Below, one piece after another: positions 1 to 11,260 of a stretch of 64,000 nt of DNA (the first letter of the stretch is position 1; each line of letters opens with the position of its first letter). A program made the translations under genes and the position numbers. Under the pieces are notes generated by a model. It worked only from the letters and a program-made list of their open reading frames with translations, did no database searches and was not told where the DNA came from. The stretch is taken from NCBI GenBank assembly GCA_040954595.2, contig CM082590.2, forward strand, positions 6,758,001 to 6,822,000, in the 5' to 3' direction. Origin of the DNA: Balanoglossus misakiensis. Its lineage: Eukaryota; Animalia; Hemichordata.

Positions 1-167
1 AGTTCTCACTGCGGCTGCGTTATGAGTAACTTCTTAGCCACTGATATCCACTGACCGACCGAAGTTTGTGAAGTGTGCGTTTTTTAGCCAACCTGATAGT
101 CTCCCAAATTTCAAGGTATTTATAGATAACCGTGTATACATGGAAATTGTAGTTGTGTAACATCCAG

Positions 168-300
168 AGAGAGAGAAAGAAAGAAAGGAGAGAAAGGAAA
201 GAAAGAAAGAAAGAGAGAGAGAGAGATAGAGAAAGAGAGAGAGAGAAAGAAAGAGAGAGAGAAAGAAAGAGAGAGAGAAAGAATAAAGAAAGAAAGAAAA
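168..300. repeat. GA/GAAA purine-rich microsatellite
   Basis: Direct reading of (GA)n/(GAAA)n. Confidence 0.95.
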
Positions 301-512
301 TCCAAAAACGACACGTTGGAAACAAGTATATTTCATGGATTATGGGGTCTTTATTCAGTTTGATTTAAGCACTTTTTATTTTTCTATTTTTCACATTTGA
401 TATTATATTTACGTTTCATAACGCGACAAAATCACGTCGCCTCGGATTATCAGTTATCATGTCTTGCAGCCAATATCGTGATGAGTCGTGCTGGGGACAG
501 CATACCGCTTCA

Positions 513-2542
513 TTAGTAACAGCCAAAGGACAGTGCAAATTTCCACCGAAAGCCACAGACTGTTCTCCACCACCAGAAATAGCGCTCCCTCCAACATTCC
601 CATAAGAATTTCCACATAAATTTCCACTGCCATTTGCACAAGACGCCGACTAAAAACGAGAGAAAAAAAGAATAGAAGTGACGAATGTTTTACGGGTGAA
701 AAACTGAAAATATAAACATGGAACTGTTTGAAACGAACTAGTTTTGTCGCTGACGAAAACTGGCCTTTATTTTGGGCATCTATTGCAGATTGTTTGTTCC
801 AATTCCTAAAACATGTTGAAATGCCCGGCATTAAGTTTGTTAACACAACATATATGTGTATAGTCAACATAGTTATTGTGCAAAGTTGAATTCAAGTCCG
901 GACTAGAATTCATTTGTCAACAAAAACAGACTGTGTTGACAAGTGAAGTACTGGGTATATAAGCATGCTTTTTGGAGTAGAACAAGAAATTACATTTAGT
1001 ACACTGAAAAAAAAAACTGCTGAAAATAAAGCCAAAAGTTTCAGCTAATATCCCTTTAATGTACATACCCTCAAGTGCCTTGGTTTCTTCTTCGCACGGA
1101 ACTCCATCACACATGACTTCCTCCTTGGTAGTCACGGTCCAGTATGACGTCTTATCGGCGCAATGCGGAGCGATGACGGTCGAGACTGCAGTCAGATCTT
1201 CGATCGGCTCGCCCTTAATTTCCATGTCCAGCGTCTGTACCTCACTCGGGTCTTCCTGTTCATCTCCCTATTGCAAACGACATCATCGAATCATACTTAA
1301 AGGGCCACGATCGTCTTATGCGCATGTGCCAAACCAGAGACTCTGGTTACAAAATTACATACAGTCAATGCCATAAGGTAGTATGTCCTAACAACAGACA
1401 AGATAGACGGTGGCCACGATAGTCTGTGACAGAGATCGGGTATGGACAGCACATTGGGTGAAAAGAATGGACAAAACTAAAGTCTACTTATAGATATACG
1501 TGCGCAAAAAATATGGAAGGAAGCGAAAGCTGTCCACTATTCGAATGCATCGAATGCAAAATTTGCAAATCATTTGGATTGGACATGATGTTTGTACACA
1601 CAAAACCCTCAACCCTCCCATATTTGCTGGAAAACTTACCAAGTCTTCGTTCTCCAGAACCTCTTTCAATGCGACAGGGCTGACTTCGCTGTTTGCGTCA
1701 TATCCGGTCAGATAACAGACGCTGTTTTCGTCATCCACAAGTGCATCTAATTTCTGTGGAAAAAAAGGAGCTGTCGTTTGAAAATATATAGGCACGCATC
1801 ATGTAGTTTGTTCGATGTCAGCAATAGTTTTAGTTCACACAACGTCGTAAACTTCGTGCCTTTTTACGGCAATACGTCCAATGTTTCTTGGGTGGCACAG
1901 GGCCGTGAACGAGCTCGAACGTTGTCATCCCTCTCGAGGAGAAAACCACCTTCCGTCAGAGAGAAATTCGCCCACCTTGTTGACATCCCGAACGGTGTAC
2001 GGCGCATCCACGCCATTCTTCTCCGCATCACCATCTTGCGGCACCGCATAGGCTGTTCTGAAGATCTCCTCCCCTTTATCGACGTTGACTTCGACCACAC
2101 CGTCGAATGTATCGTCGCCATGTTTGATCTTCACCGTATATTTCTGGAGAAAATGGCGATCGTAAAGAAACTCATCATGGCATGATAGAACGTGTGCATA
2201 AAAGGCACTCGAACTGGTTGTCGGAAAGTCCAACTGTACATAAACTGCAGTCTCCAAGTATGTGCATACCAATGATCCAAAAATAGAAATGATTTTCAGA
2301 AAAAATTGCTAAAAAGTTTATTTTTTTTATTCTACACTATTATGACTCTCCACAAAATTGCAGTCAGTAAAGTAACAATTTTTAGAGGATTTCTTGTATG
2401 CTAAACTGTTTTTTGAAAAATCTGTTGGATCTGTTTTTTTAATGTAGAATTTTAGACATAGGCTTACCTGAGCAGCACAATGCATTGCGCCCAGAAGAAG
2501 CAACACAAGGCACACTCGCGAATACTTCCGGATATCCATCAT
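513..2542 (-). CDS. Secreted BRICHOS-domain precursor (~260 aa) with C-terminal Trp/Cys-rich cationic peptide; exons 2542-2468, 2233-1976, 1753-1640, 1267-1069, 649-513
   Basis: All four introns are GT-AG with compatible phases (0,0,0,1); 783 nt open to TAA. Signal-peptide-like N-terminus MMDIRKYSRVCLVLLLLGAMHCAAQ. BRICHOS-like motifs DVNKKLDALVDDENSVCYL and IEDLTAVSTVIAPHCADKTSYW carry the two conserved Cys. The last exon reads VGVLCKWQWKFMWKFLWECWRERYFWWWRTVCGFRWKFALSFGCY*. Domain call is by motif recognition, not an HMM run. Confidence 0.85.
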
Positions 2543-4570
2543 GAACGAACGTCAAGCTTTCGTACGATCTGGGATTATGATTTCTAATAACAACAATAGC
2601 AACAAAATCGCTGTATCAGTAAAAAAATCGATCGTATTTCAATTACGCCATGCATATAGCCACTTACACACACGAATACTGAAGTCTTATCAGGATGGAT
2701 TTTAAAAAAATATTTTCGAAAAAAAATGAATCTGCAATGTTTACAACAATAATGAATCGAGGGCTGAAACAATTTCTATCTGCCGCAGCGGTGGTGCGTG
2801 GTTTGGGGGACCGAAAGTTGTCGCCAAAATATCTGCAAGCTTTTGGAACACACAAGGCACCTTCCCAGAACTCGTATGTGTTTGCCTATATCTCTGATTT
2901 GCTTTAACACCGATTTGGGCTGACAAAGTTAAAGGCAGTGGCTGCCAGCTTACCGGACTGCAGGTCCCGCCCGACAAACTTCGCGTTTGTAACCGCTCTC
3001 ACTCGACTCGGGATTCGACACAACTTTTACTCATATGTTATATACAAATGCGTATTTAAAACACTCAAATTGGCTGGCAGCGGACGACGGCAGTCAGCTT
3101 CTATAAACAGCGACATTTCACTTTTCCGACCATTCAAGTTATATCATCACACTATCATGACAGTCCGTAAAAATTCAGTCCATGGGACAAAAAAATTCAC
3201 TTACCTCAGCGACAGCACAAAATGACGGAGCCAGTTCAAGCTTCCGGATGGAGTGCCGAATTCAGCCGTTTCACGAGCTATATAACAATTTCGGAAAAGC
3301 CGAAAAACGCTGACAATCTTATATTTTTGAAAATTTATTGCGTCATCTCACGCTCTTCTGCACATGTAGGTGAAACGATAAATCGTTTTCACGGAATGGA
3401 GACGTAATATTTTTCTTCCCTGTCGGCGATATTGTAAACGTCCGATACACGCTGGATGATTAATTAATTTAGTGTTATCCGTGAAAACGATTTCAGTCCG
3501 ATTAAAGCTCCTATAGCTGCCACTTTTAGCATATTTATAATGAAGAAAATGCTTCAATCTTCTCTCTTATCCTTGGTCGTCAGAAGACATATTTTTTTGA
3601 ATCTGTGAAGTTTCCAATATGCATGTATGCGCATACCACCATAGTCGTGTACACTTGCAGTGGAGTGTTGAATAAAAAGGTGTGGCACCCGTTTATTATG
3701 TAAAGCCTAAATAGCTCCCCTTTTTGGCAGATTTGTAATAAAAAAAATACTTCAATCTTCTCCTTATCCTTAGTCCACAAATGACGCCATTTTGAATTTG
3801 TGGTGATTCAAATACTGATCATGTGTTGATAACCCAGACAGTTGTAAATAAACAGGTGTGGCACCAGTTTATTATGATTGTGTATACCCAATTACTCATG
3901 CAGTTAGTTCATTTAAATAAATCTATCTGGATAATTTTGAAAGTACAGTAAAATAAAGGAAAAATTACAGCAATTTCGGCCTCAAAGCCAATAAATGGCA
4001 TGGGGACGTATTTCACTTTAACATGAAATAATAGATATACATATTTTACATAGCTCGTGTCTAGAATGCGGGCAGCCGAAAAACAACATTATTACTCATT
4101 ATGTAAACTTTCCTTAGGGCCACGAATTAGGTTTATGTCTGTATGCAGAGCTGTTTCTATGGTCCAGTCTTCTCGTATAATACATGTATATATTTGATTA
4201 TATTGTTATATTTATTGGAGTCTGACGCACATAATATACGTTGGTGAAAAAAATAGGGCGAGTGGCACAGAATAAAAACACAGAAAAGTTAAATTGCAGG
4301 TAATTTGTCACGCCAGTCAAACTTCTGGTTAACATTTATGACTTTAACGAACGTTACGAAAGTGTAGCGTACTGTAAGCTTATAATCAATCAATGGTCAC
4401 ATAAAACTATCGAAATGTGCGACTGGGGAAATATAAATTCGCTGAACTGTGTTTGTTGTTTACTCACCTAACTACATTGGATTGTTTTAATTTTAGTCCA
4501 CCCACACACTCAAACGATGACGCAGAGAATCGTCGCTGGAAAGCACCTGTTGAATCTAACCAACTGTCTG

Positions 4571-4639
4571 TCAAATCAATCAATCTATCAATCAGTCAGT
4601 CAAAAAATCAGTCAGTCAGTCAGTCAGTCAGTCAGTCAG

Positions 4640-4673
<34 letters not shown>
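4571..4673. repeat. (TCAA)n/(TCAG)n compound microsatellite
   Basis: Direct reading. Confidence 0.95.
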
Positions 4674-4676
<3 letters not shown>

Positions 4677-5039
4677 GGTAAAATAGGTGGATACAGGCAC
4701 TCCAATGAATAATTAATATTTTACTCACTGATCTTAATATTACCTTGATCTAACCAGTTTGTTTTGGAATAATAACGACGGAATACCTCTGTGAAATGGA
4801 TTTTGCTAAGAAATATGGACATACGTGCACTTGACTTGTGCTGGGTATTTTTACAAATTATTTTTTGTTTTATAGGCTTTGTCGTAATCATGTGTTGAGG
4901 AATTTAATTTAAATTGTGCAAAGTTAGGTTATTCGTGATTCGTTTGCTTTCAGTCCTTGTAACTTTGATTCTCTTGGCGCGTTGATTTCATATCCTACGG
5001 GAGAAACGAACATGTTGATATCGTGTTGAAAAGGAACTC

Positions 5040-5280
5040 GACAACCGGAAGCGTGGGCGTTGGATCACGTGACAGACCCACTTGGCGCGTCGCGTTTGAA
5101 ACGAACCGAGCGCTCTGATTGGCTGGCGCTCGCCAAATAGACTGGTGATGTCATGTTGTTGCTTTTGACCTGCAAAATCTGTATGCAAAGTATCCCTAGG
5201 AAAAGGTATACGACTGTGGACGCAATTATCGGTGAAAATCATCGCCTATCGCGGTCATCCCAACTTGAAAAGAGGTAAGT
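5040..5280 (+). promoter_or_regulatory. Probable Sin3 promoter and non-coding first exon (donor AG|GTAAGT at 5274/5275)
   Basis: CpG-rich stretch with ETS-like CCGGAAG, E-box CACGTG, E2F-like TTGGCGCG followed by CHR-like TTTGAA, and an inverted CCAAT. A consensus splice donor follows; the first coding exon has an acceptor at 11201-11202 upstream of the ATG. Confidence 0.6.
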
Positions 5281-6996
5281 TTTCGTCTGTGTGTACGTAA
5301 ACACTGTGTTCTCAGCAAGATGTGCATATTTTTGTCATCGCGTACCATTTTAGGGTAAAATTTCCAGTGTTTTGATCGCTTGATGTAAACGCTATGTTAG
5401 GTCGCTACTGTTGCTTCTTGAATAATTACCAAAACACTGGCGATTATTGCGTAAAATGACTGTCGAGCGTTGTCAATCAAGTCTGCTTCACGTTTCTTGT
5501 TGCTGGGGGTGAAAATGATCGGTTTAAGCGCTCCGGTTGTAGGAAATAGTGGTTGTAGCTCTTCGCGTACATACTGCTGTGTTGTATTTGTTTGCTGTTA
5601 GTAAGACCAAGGTCTCTCCATTTTAGCTGTGTTCCCGCGAACCAGCGTAAACATTGGTCACAGAAGTTGTGGAAAAGCACCGATTTTTCCCCACCCAAAA
5701 TCCGGCCACTGGATCACTGTACACTTAGTCACCCGCGACGCGAATATAAAGGATTTCGGTAGCCCTGGCGAGTAAATAAAAAACATTGAAATTTTGCTCG
5801 TCTATGGCATCTCGCCAGATCACCATTTTCAACTCGGTCTGTTACAGCACTCGTTTGTTGAAACGGTGGGCTTCGCTGAAACCCCCAAAATCTCGAATGT
5901 TAATCGATGAAAGTTGACTGATTTAGTACAGCGATTGTCTACAGTAGTTAGGGCATGTCGTGTGGAGGTTTTATCCAATTCTGACGACGGGAAGTCGCCA
6001 AAATCTCTGGTGAAATGAGGTTTTGGTCGTGTTTTTTGTGGACGTCGCCTCGTTCTCTCTTCCTGGTTTTTCAATGACAATATAATTGTTTATCGGTCGA
6101 AACCATTCGGTGAAGTGGGTGTGTTCTTCGAGTGGTGCGCTGCATTTCGAACTTAGATTCGAACAGAATAGACATATCGTGTGTATTTAATAAAACGTCA
6201 GTATAAAAATCTGGTTTTGAATAGTTTACAGGGGGAACTGTTCTGGAATATTTTCTGTTTTGATTTCAAAAACCGCGACGCCCATTTCCCCGAAATGGAA
6301 TCACCCGAGCGGCCATATTTGTGTGTTGATGGGCCGACAGCAGTCTAGTACTAGGTGCGCGAATGTTCTAACCCTTTGTACGAGAAAGCCTACACAGATT
6401 TCACGGATTCGTACACGAGGGAATGTATTCACGAGAGATAGTTCGGTTTTATGACGACGTGTAGGGCAGGTTTCTGGACGGATTGGGCTAAACTGACAAG
6501 TGTTTTCAGCTTATTTTCCGCGGACAAGTTTCAGGATGTCTGTAGTGTGTGTATTTCTATGTCAGTATCTGTGCGTGGGCGGGTGTTGAATGCGTGGTCT
6601 GTCCATAGACAGTCGCGGTTACACACTGTAGATATTTTCAACAAGGAATCAAACAGCAATGAAAAACACCGCTTCCCAACAACCATCTACGCTTACAGAA
6701 ACAATCATATCATCTTTGTCGATCGACTGTTCTTGTAGCATGCGAAATTGAAATCTCCAATCAGAAACACCACCTTTGTCAAAGGATATGAAATTTGTAA
6801 ATCGCTAAAATGTTGTTTTGGGTGGGACATATACGGTGTAGATCACTGTAAAGCCAGACACATGAAAAATAATGCCTAGAAGACTTTGCCAGGTTTTTGG
6901 GTGCACTTGCAATATACGTAAAACAGCTGACAGAACTACTGAGTTTGTCTAGCATTGAAATAAAAAAAGGCTCAACTTTCACTTATCAAACATAAT

Positions 6997-7165
6997 CAGT
7001 GTTTTTGCTAAGGATGGGGAACATTGGTAATGGATTTGGGAACCCCGGTAACATTTCTACAACCCCGTATAATATAACTACATTGATACACCCAGGGGAA
7101 CACTGGTAAAATGACTGGGGAACTCCGGTAGATTTTACCTAGGTACCACCCTTAACAAAACACTG
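6997..7165. mobile_element. Short TIR element with CAGTG...CACTG ends and 6-bp TSD CATAAT
   Basis: TIR CAGTGTTTTTGCTAAGG / CCTTAACAAAACACTG; CATAAT at 6991-6996 and 7166-7171. Confidence 0.7.
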
Positions 7166-8354
7166 CATAATTATTGGAAAAGGGCAGCGAGAGAGAGACT
7201 TTGTCCCTTTAATGGAATTCATCATCAACACATCTGAGGACAGGCACTGAAACAGGCAGCTTAGTCTTGAATGATGATTGGTCCTCAATATTACTCTTTA
7301 GAAATCTGCTGAAAAGTGCAATAGTGGATTTTTTTTGTAGATGCCCAGTTTACAGTGTTTGACTGGTGTAATTCATTTTATAGACTTGTCATCACCAGTA
7401 TATGCCCTCTAAGCCCGTATGATGCGTCACTGACTCGACAAACTCACTGTTGACTCAAGAAAAATTATCCACAATGCATGCACAGGTATAGGGCTGACTC
7501 GGGAAATTTTTTTAGAAATCTCTAAATTAGACTCAGAGCTTTTAAATATTATGTTTGTTGGAGGGTACACTGGTCATCACATTAAAAAAAGGTAAAATTG
7601 ATGAAATAAAAACCCAAATGCCAGACAGTCCAGAATGAATTTTATTTCAGTTTTGCACCAATAATGGCGTCTTTCATTTATCTTATGAAATGCGGCTGTG
7701 CATGTTGCTGCTATGTGAATCAGTAGGAGTGGGTACGTGTAAAGTCCTCAAATTGACTCAAGGCTTTCGAAAAAGTATGTCAAGCACACTGGAAGAATAG
7801 TCGGAGTGTGAAAATATTGACCCCATGTGAACCTGTCAGACCAGCCTGGTGAATTCTATTTATAGCTTAGAATATGTTTATCTGTGTTTTTGAGACAAGT
7901 ACCTGTACCTTGGGTTCTTTGTTAAAGAATCAGGTTTTGATGTACCCCTGGGGCTTTCATAATTGCATGTCGTCAATGGCGTGATTATATAGATGGATCT
8001 AATTTTTAGTGCTGAGAATAATTGAATAATTGTAGTAAACGCAGACAGTGGTCAGTCTTGGTGAAATTGGTCGATTTTGATCTTTCGTGGAAATGTAATG
8101 TGATGACAATAGTGGTGAATAGATAAGTCGCAAATACCATGATTTTCGTGTAAAGGAACATATTTAGTCAATAACTATCAGAATTGTACATTTTATTCTT
8201 GGATGTATAGTAAATTGGTTGATTTATGGTTAATTTTTTCCCTCTCGCCATAATTGTCATGTTCCATATGTTTCGCATCATCTGAACTTTTAGTCATTTC
8301 AGAAAATTTGTGAGAATAAGAAAGCAACCTGACCATCGGAATCTGAAATATTAA

Positions 8355-8439
8355 CCCTTTCACCCCCAGTTCCCTCTTTAGAGGTCCAATCTTACCATAG
8401 AAAACAGTGGGTTTGGACTGAACCATGGTGGTGGGAGGG
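8355..8439. mobile_element. ~85-90 bp piggyBac-like MITE (TTAA|CCCTTTCAC...GTGAAAGGG|TTAA); other copies near 18340, 21265, 23281, 28100, 28315, 38283, 39163, 42493, 48825, 50176, 57585, 59192, 59584, 62170
   Basis: Many dispersed similar copies with CCC...GGG termini and TTAA flanks. Superfamily inferred from the ends only. Confidence 0.85.
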
Positions 8440-10744
8440 TTAAAGGTATACGGTCACCTGTGGAGAATTTGCTACAGTTACCAATACAAATTGAGATCTA
8501 GCCAATCACAGATTTTCAGTGGGTGGGCACACGCGAAAAAAAGAGCGCCACCGCATGTTCTATGCCCTAGGCAAGAACACTTGACAGCGATGCGAAATTG
8601 TACGGAATTCTCTCAATTGACAGCGCACGTCTACGCACATGTCTGGGTGACCTACTTTATAATTGAACGGGTTTATGGATACTTCACATCAGAGGCTAGT
8701 CATTGATCAGCGGTCGGAGGTCGAATAAGGTCATTACTTAATCTGTTTTTGTAATAGAATTATCTGTTCTGTTGAGAAAAATTCCAAAAGAACACGAGAA
8801 ATAGTTTACAATAATTCCTTACAGTGATACTGATATTGAAATAAATAGTGAATGCATGCATTGTTGATTTTAATATTTATATTTTTTACATTTATGGCAA
8901 ACTGAAAGTGCTACTGGCATGAAAAATTGTAATGAATTCTTTAAATTTTACAGAATGGCATTATAATTTTGTGAAGTACAGCCATTTGTTGAGAAATTTT
9001 GTTGTATTTCATGAAGACTATGACTTGTGACTTGGCCAAATACATTTGAATGAGAAAGTTGTAAAATATTAAAATGTGTAAGTCTAGCTGTTGTTCATTC
9101 AGAAGGCATCTGATAGTGTACTAGAAGTCACATTGCTTTAATTTACTCGTAAAGTACAGTAGTTCCGTGGCTTGAGCTGAAACAAACAGCCAGTTATGAG
9201 TCAGTGTCCTTTTTTGATCCCTGTTTTTATTTCAGGCTCTGTATTTTTAGCTTTCCTAAGATAACTTGCTTAGCGTCGCTTTCGTTAAGGGTGGTTCCCT
9301 GGTATAGTTTCAGGGGGTTTCCCCAGTCATTTTACCTGGGATTCCCCTTGGTGTATGAATACAGTCCTGTTAAAGGTATACAGTCATCTCCAATTTACAT
9401 ACGCCCTTATATGGCTGAAATAGCGTATTTGAGCGTTCTAAAGAACATATGGTGGCGCTCTTTTTTTCGCGTGTGCCACCCACTGAAAATCTGTGATTGG
9501 CTAGATCTCAATTTGCCATGGTAACTATAGCTAATTTTCCATAGGTGACCGTATACCTTTAACAGTCAGCAAAGGTGTTACCAGGGTTCCCCCCGAACAT
9601 TTGCTATGCACCCCACCCTTAACCCTAACGCTGCCAAGTCAGTATGAACTGGTTTGATTTCCAGGGTGCCTAGAATCCGGGCTCCCAGGCCTGTTAGGCT
9701 GTCAAGTGTGTGTTGATCAGTAGGGCCTATACAAGACCCTTAACCCTAGCACTGTCAAGTCAGTTGAAACTGGTTTGCTTTCCAGGGTGCCTAGAATCCT
9801 GGCTCCCAGGCCTGTTAGACTGCCAAGTGTGTGTTAATCAGTAGGGCCTATACATGACCCTCAGACCAATACAGTACAAACCAGTACGATTTGGTACATT
9901 TTTCAGGGGGCTCAGACTGCCAAGTGTGTCTAAGTACGTATGAGAGCCATGTCAAGACAGTCAAAATACGTTTCAGAAGAAAAAGTGGCAAATACGTATT
10001 TTAAGGGACTTGACACTCTAACCAGATATGACCCCCCGGTAGCAATAGGGTTAATAGCAAAAACTATTTACCGGATCTGATGTGAAAAGAGATTGGATTC
10101 CCGGAAGTCTATCACTTAGACGTGTTTATCACCTGTCAGTGATTTTACCGATATTCACAGTGACACAGATTTCGTGTAGACTGTGCTTGATCGATATTGA
10201 TTTATCGAGCCCAGACTTGTTTACAGTTTTAAGTGTCATTACCAGGTTCAAGGAATTGTTGATCGCCTCTATAAAACTTGACAACTTGTACATATAAGCA
10301 AATTTAGCGTTGTGCTTGAGAGATATTGATTTATCGAACCCAAGCTTGTTCAAAGGTTCAAGGAACTGTTGGTTGCACAAGCTTCAGTCATTATGGAAAT
10401 AATACAAGATATTGACATCAAGAAAAAAAAAGAGATACGTTTATTAATCAAATATCCTTCTGGAGCAACAAAAAATAGTTCCTTAGAGTTAGTCGAGTTT
10501 GTGATTCATTTGTTTTGAGACTGACAATCAATTTTTTAGCTCTACTTTTTGGGTGATTTTTCATGATTCTTTTTTCCCCCAACCCATTTGCTGTCTGCCA
10601 CAGTACCCATCTGTCCATGATGGTGTAATGCCAGAAGATAGCAGAGAATAAATCAGTTTATATAGGAAGCGGACTGGTCTTTGTCCAGTGGCCAGTCTGT
10701 GTCAAATAACTGATACACACAAAAAATATCACTTTTTGAGAGAC

Positions 10745-10932
10745 GTGGTTAGAGTCCCGGCATGACTGTGGTGTCTTGTTCTTTGACAAGGCTCTGCTGC
10801 AATGATATATAATAACGGCTGCATTTGTGAACTGTTGTTTGCTCCCCAGGGAGTTGAATGAAATATTTTAGTCCGATGACCATGGGAAAAACTGTAAAGC
10901 GCATTGAGATGTATTATGTAATGCGCTATAAA
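10745..10932 (+). mobile_element. Degenerate SINE-like fragment with an L2-type 3' tail
   Basis: Ends in the stem-loop-like TGTAAAGCGCATTGAG...AATGCGCTATAAA, resembling L2-derived SINE tails. Weak 5' portion. Confidence 0.4.
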
Positions 10933-11260
10933 GTATATAGGAAATAAATATTATTTGTTTGTTGTTTATTCGGTAAATATAGGCCACCAGCCTTCCGTAC
11001 AATTGGTACAATTAACATACAGACCCACTTTGAGTCTGCTATACATTACACATTACTCTACAATTATAGTACCTTGTAGCAAATTTTCCCTTCGGTTGAA
11101 ACTAATTATAAAAGATAAACTTGGATGGGGTATAAATATTATAAATAAATATTATTTTTAACGTTTTCTCTAACATCTGACTGTGGTTGGTATCTGTTGC
11201 AGGTGTACACCGTGCTAGGTGGGTTGTTTGGTCACCACGGCGACTGATGTGATGAGCACC

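Noticed and set aside
20-368. ORFs rich in SL/ER dipeptides (also 16241-16574, 53703-54132, 61722-62006)
   Set aside because: Translations of microsatellites.
457-870. 137-aa minus-strand ORF with a hydrophobic stretch
   Set aside because: Wrong frame; the phase of the upstream exon selects the Trp/Cys-rich frame at 649-513.
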